A DNA stretch of 64,000 nucleotides from a bacterium (GTDB lineage Bacteria > JAAXHH01): NCBI GenBank assembly GCA_963665755.1, contig OY762445.1, forward strand, positions 619,007 through 683,006, given 5' to 3'. Under the pieces are notes generated by a model. It saw nothing but the letters and a program-made list of their open reading frames with translations. It was not told where the DNA came from and ran no database searches. This document shows positions 19,940-28,948 of the stretch, one piece after another. The first letter of the stretch is position 1, and each line of letters starts with the position of its first letter. The translations under genes and the position numbers were made by a program.

Positions 19940-20671
19940 TCAGGATTCGTCGTAGGCGGTCAGGCGCCTGATCCAGATGTTGCGGTACCTGACGGGATTG
20001 CCGTGATCCTGCAGCTGCACGGGGCCCGTCACGGCGTGGGGCGAGTCGTAGTTCGCCAGGTCCCTGTGCCCGGTGGGCCCGATGGCCTTCTGTTTGTGGT
20101 GCGACACGATGCCGTTGTGCAGCACCGTCAGGTGCGTGCCTTTGACGAGTCTGTCGCCGTCCCACGAAGGCGCTTCGAAGACGATGTCGTAGCTTTGCCA
20201 TTGGCCGGGTCCCCGGCTCGCGTTGACCAGGGGAGGGTACTGGCCGTAAATCGACGAGGCGGACCCGTCGGCATATGTCCGGTTGTTGAAACTGTCCAGC
20301 ACCTGGATTTCATACAACCCCAGCAGAAACACGCCGCTGTTTCCCCGGCCCTGGCTGTCTCCCGCGACTTCTTCGGGTGTAGCCCATTCCAGATGCAACT
20401 GGCAGTCGCCGAAGTGTGCGCGGGTCGAGATATCTCCCGTTCCGTTGACCTCCATATAGCCGTTTTCCACCTTCCAGGCGGCGGCGCCTCCATCCCGGCC
20501 GATCCACTGGTCGAGGTCCGAACCGTCGAATAATACGACCGCGTCCGAGGGCGGGCCACCTGCTTCGCCGCCCGGTGTGACGACCCGGGGCTGCGGCCGG
20601 TCGCCATCGTGGACGCGCCAGGTGCCGCCCGGGATTACGGGGGTATCGCTGTAACCTACGGAATCCGCCAT
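19940..20671 (-). CDS. DUF1080 (3-keto-disaccharide hydrolase-like, LamG-fold) protein
   Basis: 243 aa containing W.VENGYMEV, FGDCQLHLEW and GNSGVFLLGLYEIQVLD, typical of DUF1080. Confidence 0.7.
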   Translation of the reverse strand: MADSVGYSDTPVIPGGTWRVHDGDRPQPRVVTPGGEAGGPPSDAVVLFDGSDLDQWIGRDGGAAAWKVENGYMEVNGTGDISTRAHFGDCQLHLEWATPEEVAGDSQGRGNSGVFLLGLYEIQVLDSFNNRTYADGSASSIYGQYPPLVNASRGPGQWQSYDIVFEAPSWDGDRLVKGTHLTVLHNGIVSHHKQKAIGPTGHRDLANYDSPHAVTGPVQLQDHGNPVRYRNIWIRRLTAYDES

Positions 20672-20681
20672 GTATCGACTC

Positions 20682-21797
20682 CTATAAGCAAACTTCGTGA
20701 ATCATGCGTGAGTAGATATCCACCGCCTCGTAAAGCTGCGGTATTTCCACATACTCGCCCACCGTGTGGGCACGTTCGATGCTGCCGGGGCCCAGGACCA
20801 CCATATCCAGCTGCTCCCTGAAATGGGGAGCGTCCGTCCCGTAGGGCACGGTTTCCGGCCGCTTGCCGCCGGTGACTTCGGACGCCAGTTGCACGATGGG
20901 ACTCGAAGGATCGGCGTAGAAGGGACGGGAAATGGTGCTCGAAACCTCGAACCCGTAGCTTTCGGCCCGGGAAACCAGTTCTTTCACCAGATCCTCGCTG
21001 TGATCGTCCGGCATCGTGCGGAAACAGACGTGACAGGTCGATCGCGCCGCGGAGACATTCTGCTTCGTGTCGTAGTCGGTGATTACCATGTTGAACCCGT
21101 TCGAAGGTGGATTGAACTCCGCGTTCCGGAACCGTTCGTCCTCTTTGATCCGCTCCGACAGTTCGGCCATTTCGGCAAGGAAAGGGGCAATCTTGAAATT
21201 GGCGGATTCCCCGAGGCCTGTGCTGGTGTGGGCCGCTCGGCCGTGGGCCGTCACCACGACGTGTGCCGCACCCTTGTGGGCGTACACCGGCGTCAGGCTG
21301 GTCGGTTCGGCCACCACGCCGAAGTCCGGACGAAGGGTGCTCATGATTCCGGATTCCGTGGCCACCTGGTGCGCTCCGCCGCCCCCCACCTCCTCATCGG
21401 CCGTCGCCACCACGATCAGCGGCTTCTTCAGACGGTCCGCATCTACCTTTGCGACGGCGATCATGGTGCATGCCAGAGGACCCTTCATGTCGCAGCTGCC
21501 CCGGCCCAGCAGCCGGTCGCCGTCGACCACGCCGTGATAGGCATCCCAGTCCTGTTCCTGCCCCGGGACGGTGTCCGTGTGGGACAGAAAGGCCAGACCG
21601 CCTTCGCCTTCGCCTTTGCGTCCGACGAGGCTGACTTTCAGTTCGCCGTTTTCATCTTCGTAGGACAACCGTTCCACTTCAAGCCCGCATGCCTTCATCC
21701 GGTCTTCGACCAGATCGGATATGGCGACGTTACTCCACCGGCTGACGGACTTCACCTCCACGAACTCCTTCGTCATTTCAACTGGATCCAGACCCAC
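20682..21797 (-). CDS. M20-family metallopeptidase (ArgE/DapE-like deacylase)
   Basis: 371 aa with LSHTDTVPG and GRGSCDMKG motifs. Confidence 0.8.
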   Translation of the reverse strand: MGLDPVEMTKEFVEVKSVSRWSNVAISDLVEDRMKACGLEVERLSYEDENGELKVSLVGRKGEGEGGLAFLSHTDTVPGQEQDWDAYHGVVDGDRLLGRGSCDMKGPLACTMIAVAKVDADRLKKPLIVVATADEEVGGGGAHQVATESGIMSTLRPDFGVVAEPTSLTPVYAHKGAAHVVVTAHGRAAHTSTGLGESANFKIAPFLAEMAELSERIKEDERFRNAEFNPPSNGFNMVITDYDTKQNVSAARSTCHVCFRTMPDDHSEDLVKELVSRAESYGFEVSSTISRPFYADPSSPIVQLASEVTGGKRPETVPYGTDAPHFREQLDMVVLGPGSIERAHTVGEYVEIPQLYEAVDIYSRMIHEVCL

Positions 21798-21846
21798 GGA
21801 ATCCCCCCTCTCAAGATCGTTGTTATCGCACTGGTAAGGGTGCTGT

Positions 21847-22836
21847 TCAGTCCGTCAACCAGCTCGACATTTCGTCCCGCAGTTCCGAGTCCGTCCTCAG
21901 GGCGAGGGCTTCAAATGCGTTGTCGAGGTGGCCGGTATGCCGGGCACCGACAATGACCGACGTGACATCCGGATGCCCCATGGCCCAGACCATGGCCAGG
22001 CGCACCATGGGAAGTCCCCTGGAGTCCGAGAGGGCGCGCAGCCGCTCCACGTTCCGGAAATTCCGGTCGTTGAAGTAGATGTCCGCGTGACCGGGTATAA
22101 CGTCGAACCGCGAGCCCCTGGGAAAGTCGTTCCGGTCCGGCGTGTATTTGCCCGTCAGGAAACCGGCGGCGAGCGGACTGTAGGACGTAACACCCACTTC
22201 CTCGCGCCGGCACAGGGGGAAGAGTTCGTCCTGCGCGCCGGGATCGGCCAGGTTGTAGGGAGGCTGAACCACCTCGAAACGGGCATAGCCATGCCGCGCT
22301 GAGGCATCCAGGGCTTCCTGGAACTGCGAAGCATTGAAATTGCTGCACCCCACGGTCTTGATTCTGCCGGCAGCCACCGCCTGGTCCAGCACGGCCAGGC
22401 TTTCATCGATGGGAACGGATTCGTCGGGGGAATGCAGTTCGTAGATGTCAACGCAGTCCACCTGCAGCCGGTCGAGACTGACCTGGAGCGCCCGGGCAAT
22501 GTTCTCCGGCTTGTTGCCGCTGCTCACTTTGGAACAGATCACCACTTCGTCCCTGCAGCCCCGCTCCTTCATCCACTTACCAATGATGATTTCGGAAGAA
22601 CCCATGACGTCCGAGGTCTCGCGCACGTCATCGACCTTCAACACGTCACGCCGGTATGTACGGGCATTGCCGCCCCCGTACGCCTCCGCCGTGTCGAGCC
22701 AGTCGAGGCCGTTTTCGACGGCATAGTCCAGTATGGCTACCGAATTCTCCTCGTCGATCTCACGGCCGAAGGTCACGCAACCCAGACCGATGAAGCTGAT
22801 CGACATATCGGTGCGGCCGAGTCTTCGGTGTTCCAT
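21847..22836 (-). CDS. aldo/keto reductase
   Basis: MEHRRLGRTDMSISFIGLGCVTFG..., then WLDTAEAYG. I chose ATG 22836, which follows GGGGAG 5 nt upstream. The ORF track extends to 22884. Confidence 0.85.
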   Translation of the reverse strand: MEHRRLGRTDMSISFIGLGCVTFGREIDEENSVAILDYAVENGLDWLDTAEAYGGGNARTYRRDVLKVDDVRETSDVMGSSEIIIGKWMKERGCRDEVVICSKVSSGNKPENIARALQVSLDRLQVDCVDIYELHSPDESVPIDESLAVLDQAVAAGRIKTVGCSNFNASQFQEALDASARHGYARFEVVQPPYNLADPGAQDELFPLCRREEVGVTSYSPLAAGFLTGKYTPDRNDFPRGSRFDVIPGHADIYFNDRNFRNVERLRALSDSRGLPMVRLAMVWAMGHPDVTSVIVGARHTGHLDNAFEALALRTDSELRDEMSSWLTD

Positions 22837-22991
22837 GCACACTCCCCGGTTGTATCCAATGGATACGATGGACGTCCTTGGCAAAACGCATCATGCAGCC
22901 GGACCGGCTGTGGTGTAAATGTACATCCGGCTGGATCAGGTGGGCAAGAGATGTTTGTCGTGGAAACCGGTAGGAAGGGAGACCGAAGGCC

Positions 22992-23100
22992 GGCGGTCCG
23001 GGCAGTCAGGCCCAAACGGCCTTTGGCTGGCGGACCAGCGGTCCAGGGAGTCACGCCCAAACGGCCGCGGATGGCGGTCCAGGCGGTCCAGGTGGCCCGG
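22992..23100. repeat. imperfect ~45-bp direct repeats (GGCGGTCC..AGTCAsGCCCAAACGGCC), two copies plus partial copies
   Basis: AGTCAGGCCCAAACGGCC at 23004-23021 and AGTCACGCCCAAACGGCC at 23049-23066 match at 17 of 18 positions. GCGGTCC recurs at about 22993, 23039, 23074 and 23083. The repeats lie immediately 3' of the HtrA-like gene. Confidence 0.75.
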
Positions 23101-23104
23101 CAGA

Positions 23105-24409
23105 TCAGAATCCATCATCCCCGGGCAGGACCACTGACCGCTCACCCATTCGCCGCATGCGTTCATCCAGCAGCCTTTTGAGCTGATTCAACTTAAGCCG
23201 GTGGGCCGCAAGTTCCATTTCGTGTTCCAGGATCATTTGCTGGATAAGACTGGTATCTTCGCTGGGCAGGGGACCGTCCGCGCCATCTTCGACGAGTAGA
23301 GGCGAGGCGGGGGCATTCAGCAGTTTCGGCTGAGGTGCGAGAACCGTGTTCACTGTCTTTTCCGTATCTCCCCGCAGGTACGTGATTTCGATCCGGGTGC
23401 CCACCGGAAGCGCGGTCACGAATTCTGCCAGGACAATGGGGTGGTTCATCGGGACACCGTTTACAGCCTGCAGAATATCGCCCTTGCGCAGACCGATCTT
23501 CATGGCTGGGCTGTCGGGATATACATCCGAAACGACCATACCTTCTCCGGCGCCCAGCATGATATTGCGGTCGCCGCCGACGCTTATACTGTCCCAGATC
23601 TTCTCCACGTACACTCCCAGCCAGCTCCGGCGGATCTCGCCGTATTCTATGAGCTGCCTGGCGAAGGTCTTTACGCGGTTGATGGGAATGACCGAAATCA
23701 AACCTCCGCCATTTCCTCCACTAAAGCGCTCCGACAGGGAGGTCTGTGTCCCCTGGGAATCGGCCACGAGACCGAGCAGGCTACCGTTCGTTGAAAACAC
23801 GGCGCCGCCGGTGTAACCTCCGCCGACTACGGCGCTGACCTGCAACATGACATCTTCTTCCCTTACCCCGTTCACGATTCCCGTCGTCATCGAGGATGGA
23901 AAGCCATGGGCGTTATTCAGCACAAGAACCCAGGATCCGGGACGGACGCCATCGGAATCACCGAGTCGCGCGGTATGGACCGACACGCTGTCGACGCGGA
24001 TCACGGCGATATCGGAGAGCCTGTCCACCCCGACGAGTTCGCCGAGGCGGTACTGGCCATCCTGGAAATTCACCAGGATATCGTGGGCATGATCCACGAC
24101 GCCCGCCGTCGTGATGATGAAACCGTCTCTGTGTAGGACCACGCCGGTTCCAATGGATCGTTCCCAGTCCGTGTAAGTCCGCCCGTTCACCGTATTGATG
24201 AACTTCCGTTGTACGATCACGCTGACGATCGTCGGTTCCACGCGTTCCACGAGCCCGACGATCTCTTGTTCCAGGTTATCCAGGTACGGGGGGGCCTGCG
24301 CGTAAGCCCTGGAAGCTGCATAAAGGTGCCCCAGGCAGCACAGCAGCACGGCGCATGTCAGGGGCCGAAAGCGTTCGGTTCCGGGTCGTTTGGGATGAGA
24401 ATCATGCAT
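23105..24409 (-). CDS. HtrA/DegP-like periplasmic protein (trypsin fold plus PDZ plus C-terminal coiled coil) with substituted catalytic His and Ser positions
   Basis: It has a signal peptide. By-eye alignment to DegP/DegS places GFIITTAGVV against GY(V/I)(V/I)TN(N/K)HV(V/I), SDIAVIRV against the retained Asp, and GGGYTGGAVF against GNSGGALV. A PDZ-like region (GMVVSDVYPDSPAMKIGLRKGDIL) follows. Confidence 0.75.
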   Translation of the reverse strand: MHDSHPKRPGTERFRPLTCAVLLCCLGHLYAASRAYAQAPPYLDNLEQEIVGLVERVEPTIVSVIVQRKFINTVNGRTYTDWERSIGTGVVLHRDGFIITTAGVVDHAHDILVNFQDGQYRLGELVGVDRLSDIAVIRVDSVSVHTARLGDSDGVRPGSWVLVLNNAHGFPSSMTTGIVNGVREEDVMLQVSAVVGGGYTGGAVFSTNGSLLGLVADSQGTQTSLSERFSGGNGGGLISVIPINRVKTFARQLIEYGEIRRSWLGVYVEKIWDSISVGGDRNIMLGAGEGMVVSDVYPDSPAMKIGLRKGDILQAVNGVPMNHPIVLAEFVTALPVGTRIEITYLRGDTEKTVNTVLAPQPKLLNAPASPLLVEDGADGPLPSEDTSLIQQMILEHEMELAAHRLKLNQLKRLLDERMRRMGERSVVLPGDDGF

Positions 24410-24415
24410 GGTCGG

Positions 24416-25312
24416 TCAGAACGAGATACGGACGCGTCTGAGAGGAGTGGTCGGACCTGACGATCCTTGCGTGCCAGGCGAACCAGGCAAACCATATGCA
24501 CGCTGTGTAGCGCGAAATTCGGTGGTTCCGACGGGTTGCAGCCGTTCCTCCGAAGCCGGTTGATCAATATTGCCGCTGGTTACCGGGTCACGGCCGAAGG
24601 ACTCGCTGAACAGGGATGGATCGAGGCGCATGCCCGTACCTGCCAACACGAATCGGATTCCATGGGTCTTTGGTTCCATGGTCCTGACGGTCATGATGCC
24701 CGGTCTGTCGCCGGTGATTCGGGATGCGTTCAAGGAGAGACTGGATGCGGAAGAAGTGGGGAGAATGGATGCCTGTTCCTGGCTCAGTGCCGGCTTTACC
24801 GCCATGTGCGGCGCGAGTTCTCTTTCAAGGGGAAAGGGCGAGATCGGATCGGAAGGTGCAAGTTCGGGTTCAACGGGCGTCGGCAGGGAAAAGGCCATGG
24901 TAGGGGACGGAGACGAATCGGACCGGTCCGCGGGCGCGGACAGTTCCCTGAATCCGCCGATCACGGCTATGGTAAGGATCAGGCTGGTCGCGAATACCAG
25001 TTGAACGGGACGCTGCCGGCTGTGTTCGCCCAGTTCGGCAAAAGCCCCCGATACGCGTCTCCACCAGGAAGCGGTGTACAGTTCACGGGCTATTTCCCGG
25101 TTCAGCAGATTACCGAGTCGATGATCGAATCCTGACTGAGGGGATACGGCGGACAGACTCTTCACGGCCCGGATGGAGCTTTCCATGTCATCAATCTTGA
25201 GCCGGCACCGTGGACATCCGCTCAGGTGAAACCGTAGTTCGTCTTCGGTTGCCTTCGACAACTGACCATCCAGGTAGTCGGACATCTGCCGCTCGTAGCC
25301 ACTACAGTTCAA
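24416..25312 (-). CDS. anti-sigma factor (zf-HC2 type) with a single TM helix and a Pro/Ser-rich extracytoplasmic tail
   Basis: N-terminus (M)NCSGYERQMSDYLDGQL...HLSGCPRCR shows the H-x3-C-x2-C motif, and the TM helix is VQLVFATSLILTIAVIGGF. TTG 25312 is preceded by GAGGAGGAAGG. The ORF track extends to GTG 25348, overlapping the sigma gene. Confidence 0.7.
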   Translation of the reverse strand: MNCSGYERQMSDYLDGQLSKATEDELRFHLSGCPRCRLKIDDMESSIRAVKSLSAVSPQSGFDHRLGNLLNREIARELYTASWWRRVSGAFAELGEHSRQRPVQLVFATSLILTIAVIGGFRELSAPADRSDSSPSPTMAFSLPTPVEPELAPSDPISPFPLERELAPHMAVKPALSQEQASILPTSSASSLSLNASRITGDRPGIMTVRTMEPKTHGIRFVLAGTGMRLDPSLFSESFGRDPVTSGNIDQPASEERLQPVGTTEFRATQRAYGLPGSPGTQGSSGPTTPLRRVRISF

Positions 25313-25326
25313 AATATCCTTCCTCC

Positions 25327-25989
25327 TCAAAGTATCTCTACCTGCCACTGCCTGAGCATTTCCTGCAGTCTCAGCCGCCCCCGGTTGACCCGCGACTTGA
25401 CGGTTCCGGTCGGACAGCGCAGGATCTCGCCGATCTGCTCGTAAGACAGCTCTTCAATATCGCGCAGCACGATCACGGATTTGTATTTCTCCGGCAATTG
25501 ATCGATCGCGTGCTGGATGGCCCGGCCCAGTTCATTCTGCTCCAGGTGATCGCCAGGCCCCGCGTTCTTGTCCGGCAGATCGATTCCATCCTTCGTGCTG
25601 TTCTCGTGGGGCGACGCATTCAGGGAGAAGAACTGGCGGCGTTTTCGCTTGCGCAACTCGCTCCGGGCGAGGTTGAGCGCGATGGTATAAATCCAGGTGG
25701 AAAGATTGGAGATCGCCTTGTAGTTGTGGCGGTTCCGGTAGACTCTGAGAAACGTCTCCTGCACCAGGTCTTCCGCGCATTCCATATTGTGGACCATGCG
25801 ATAAATGCAATTATACAGCCTGGTACGGTATCTTCCGACGATAACTTCGAAAGCGCGCACATCCTCCCGTTGAACACGGATGAAAAGCACTTCATCCGAC
25901 AGGCTCAATTCGTCGAGCACACCCGATTCGATATCGGATACCCGTACCGCGTCTATAGAGGTGTTGTCTGCCATTTTCATCTCTCCCAT
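25327..25989 (-). CDS. ECF-type RNA polymerase sigma-70 family factor
   Basis: Region 2 (DLVQETFLRVYRN, STWIYTIALNLARSELRK) and region 4 (VIVLRDIEELSYEQIGEILRCPTGTVKSRVNRGR) are both present. Confidence 0.85.
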   Translation of the reverse strand: MGEMKMADNTSIDAVRVSDIESGVLDELSLSDEVLFIRVQREDVRAFEVIVGRYRTRLYNCIYRMVHNMECAEDLVQETFLRVYRNRHNYKAISNLSTWIYTIALNLARSELRKRKRRQFFSLNASPHENSTKDGIDLPDKNAGPGDHLEQNELGRAIQHAIDQLPEKYKSVIVLRDIEELSYEQIGEILRCPTGTVKSRVNRGRLRLQEMLRQWQVEIL

Positions 25990-26128
25990 ACCACGTTATA
26001 CGCTGTGCGGAGGGATGGGTTTCAGAAAAAGTGCCCGGTATCCATCACAACCGGATTGAATCCGGCTTGCCGGCCCGCAATGGTCTATGGGAATATAGAA
26101 TCCTGCCAGCCGGATGTCAATCGGACCG

Positions 26129-27808
26129 TCATGCCCGCACCTCGCTCACATCGTGTATGGTATACTGATAGCCCTGCTCAGTGAGGAAGAGCTGGCGGTT
26201 CACGGCGTAGTCCTGGTCCAGGGTGTTTCGCGTGATGAGCGAGTAGAATATGGCGGCCGAGCCGTCCGCCTTGGGACGGAGGATCCGGCCCAGACGCTGG
26301 GCTTCCTCCTGGCGAGACCCGAAGGTGCCCGATATCTGGATCGCCACGTTGGCGTCCGGCAGGTCGATGGCGAAATTGGCGACCTTGGACACCACGAGGC
26401 GTTTGAGTTCGCCGTTTCTGAACCGGTTATACAGATCGAGTCGGGCCTGCAGGGGCGTGCTGCCGGTGATCAGGGGGAAATCGAACAACGCGGCGATCTG
26501 CTTGAGCTGTCTCACGTATAGTCCGATAATCAGAACCTGGTCCGTCGGATGTTGTTCCAGCAGGTTGCGGATGATCTCCGTCTTCCGGCTGTTTTCCGAG
26601 GCGATCCTGAACTTCTCCCTGCGATTGGCCACGGCGTAGGACATGCGCCGGGCCTCGGGGAGGTCTATCCGGATTTCTCGGCAGTACGCTTCCGCGATCC
26701 ACCCCTGCCGCTCCAGCAGTTTCCAAGGCATGTCGTACCTTCGGGGACCAATGAGGCTGAAGACGTCGTCCTCGCGGCCGTCTTCCCGAACCAGCGTAGC
26801 GGTCAGCCCGAGGCGCCTTCGGGCCTGGATCTCGGCCGTGAAACGAAAAACCGGGGCCGGCAGCAAGTGAACCTCGTCATAGATGATGAGGCCCCAGCCC
26901 TTCTGGTCGAAGAGACCGAAATGCTCGAATTCGTCTCCCCTGCTTTTCCGGTAAGTCAGAATCTGGTATGTGGCCAGTGTTACGGGCCGAATCTGTTTCG
27001 TTTCACCGGAATATTCGCCGATCATATCCTCGGAAAGCGAAGTCTTCCCGATCAATTCCTCCCGCCACTGTCGCAGTGCCACCGTGTTGGCCGTAAGTAC
27101 GAGGGTGTGGCATTTCAGGGCGGCCATGGCGCCGAGGGCCACGATCGTCTTCCCCGCGCCGCAGGGGAGCACGACGACTCCGTTGCCGCCCTGCGGTTCG
27201 CCGTTCATGTGGAACGCGCCCACGGCGTCCACCTGGTAGTCCCTCATGCTGAAGGATTTACGGTCGCCGGGCGTGGTGCGTAAATCGATCGCCAGCGGGG
27301 CGCCTTCGACGTAACCCGCCAGATCTTCCACCGGAAATCCGACCTTTATCAGCGCCTGCTTGATGTGGCCGCGGAATCGATCCCCCACCCGGACCCGCCG
27401 CTCGTCCAGCGGTTGTGCGAGAAACTGCTTGACCGAGGGCAGTCCGGAAACTTCCGCGATCAGCGCCGCATCGTCGGATTCGAGGATAAGCTGCCCGTCC
27501 TCCTTGCGCAGCCTGAGCTGGCCGTACCGGGCTATGAAATCGACGATCTCGCGGCGGATGTTCTGTGGAATCTCGTACTTGCTCAGGCCTTCGAGCGACT
27601 CGAGCACGCCGTCCGCTTCCATTCCCGCCGAGGCGGCGTTCCACAGGGACAGGGGGCTCAGTCTGTATACGTGGATATGCTCAGGAGACTTTTCCAGTTC
27701 CGCGAAACGCGCCAGCGCATCCCGGGCGTCCTCGTAGCGTGGATGGTCGACTTCGACGAGGATGGTCCGGTCGCTTTGCACGATCAATGGGTTCTTCAGG
27801 TCAGGCAA
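26129..27808 (-). CDS. XPB/Ssl2 (ERCC3/RAD25)-type SF2 DNA helicase
   Basis: 559 aa with an N-terminal damage-recognition-like domain (LIVQSDRTILVEV...HVYRLSPLSLWNA), Walker A LPCGAGKT, DEVH, the XPB RED motif (TLVREDGRE) and helicase C motifs. The start is TTG 27808. Confidence 0.85.
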   Translation of the reverse strand: MPDLKNPLIVQSDRTILVEVDHPRYEDARDALARFAELEKSPEHIHVYRLSPLSLWNAASAGMEADGVLESLEGLSKYEIPQNIRREIVDFIARYGQLRLRKEDGQLILESDDAALIAEVSGLPSVKQFLAQPLDERRVRVGDRFRGHIKQALIKVGFPVEDLAGYVEGAPLAIDLRTTPGDRKSFSMRDYQVDAVGAFHMNGEPQGGNGVVVLPCGAGKTIVALGAMAALKCHTLVLTANTVALRQWREELIGKTSLSEDMIGEYSGETKQIRPVTLATYQILTYRKSRGDEFEHFGLFDQKGWGLIIYDEVHLLPAPVFRFTAEIQARRRLGLTATLVREDGREDDVFSLIGPRRYDMPWKLLERQGWIAEAYCREIRIDLPEARRMSYAVANRREKFRIASENSRKTEIIRNLLEQHPTDQVLIIGLYVRQLKQIAALFDFPLITGSTPLQARLDLYNRFRNGELKRLVVSKVANFAIDLPDANVAIQISGTFGSRQEEAQRLGRILRPKADGSAAIFYSLITRNTLDQDYAVNRQLFLTEQGYQYTIHDVSEVRA

Positions 27809-27826
27809 GCATTTCCCCTTTTGGTT

Positions 27827-28909
27827 TCAGCTCTCTGCTGTAGAATCCCGTCCACCTTTACCGGCCAGAATGCCTGCCAGTTCAGGGCGCCCAGTCATGA
27901 GCCGGCCGCAAACGGTCTCGTATACGTCGTCGACTGCGATGCGCTCCATGCAATCGAAATATGGACAGGCGGTCTCGATACACCGGGGGCAGGGAGGTAC
28001 TTCCGGCATCAGGATATCATGATCCCCACCGAAGGGGCCCCAGCGTGCCGGGCTGCATGGTTTTATGGGGCAGAACAAAGCAACGGTGGGCGTTCCCACG
28101 GCCGCCGCGACGTGCAGGGGCCCGGTACTGTTCGTGACGCAGAGCGAGGATGCCTGGAGCAACGCTGCCAGTTCCTTTAGGTCGAGTTCTCCGGCGACAC
28201 GAATGACCGAATCCGGCAGCGATCCTGCGACCCTTTCGACCAGGTCCCGTTCTCCGGCCGATCCCGTTACAGCGACGCGGACGCCGCGCCGGGCAAGCCG
28301 CCCGGCCAGTTCCGCGAAACACCCCGCGGGCCAGTTCCGGGCCGACCCTCCGCTGCCGGGGTGCAGCAGGACCAGTGGGCCGTCCGGCCGCACCCGCCAG
28401 CTGCGCATGCGGCGCGCGATCGCGCGCCGGGCCGAATCGGGCACGTGGATCTGCGGGGCGGCTTCACCTGCGCCGTCGAACAGCGCCCGAGCCAGGGACA
28501 GATTGTATTCGACCTCGTGCTTGCGGGCCTCCCGCCGGTGCTCGTATACCCTTCGGTTGAAAAGAAATCCGTATGCCCTGTATCCCGTTCCGATCCTTAC
28601 CCGAATGCCGGCGAGACGGCAGGCCAGGGCCAGCCTTGGCGTGGGATGCAGGACCAGCGCCGCGTCGAACCGCTCCGCGCGGAGGTCGCCAACCAGACGC
28701 AGGAATCCCGACGGCCCGCCGTGACGTCCGGAGCGCTCGTCTACGATCGTCTCGTCCAGGGCCGGATGTCCTTCGATCGCGCCGGCTGCATACGGGGACA
28801 CGAGCATCGCGATATGGCAATCGGCGCGCTGCTCCCGCAGCACGCTGAGCACGGGCGTCGACAGCAGCACGTCACCGATACGGTCCGTTCGAATGACGAG
28901 TATCCGCAT
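27827..28909 (-). CDS. glycosyltransferase family 9 (LPS heptosyltransferase-like)
   Basis: MRILVIRTDRIGDVLLSTPV..., LLHPGSGGSARNWP and GPLHVAAAVGTPTVALF are GT9 hallmarks. An alternative start at ATG 28948 abuts the tsaC stop. Confidence 0.8.
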   Translation of the reverse strand: MRILVIRTDRIGDVLLSTPVLSVLREQRADCHIAMLVSPYAAGAIEGHPALDETIVDERSGRHGGPSGFLRLVGDLRAERFDAALVLHPTPRLALACRLAGIRVRIGTGYRAYGFLFNRRVYEHRREARKHEVEYNLSLARALFDGAGEAAPQIHVPDSARRAIARRMRSWRVRPDGPLVLLHPGSGGSARNWPAGCFAELAGRLARRGVRVAVTGSAGERDLVERVAGSLPDSVIRVAGELDLKELAALLQASSLCVTNSTGPLHVAAAVGTPTVALFCPIKPCSPARWGPFGGDHDILMPEVPPCPRCIETACPYFDCMERIAVDDVYETVCGRLMTGRPELAGILAGKGGRDSTAES

Positions 28910-28948
28910 CGCCGTCAATTCTCCCCGGTCAGGAAGCGCCGCCGCCAA

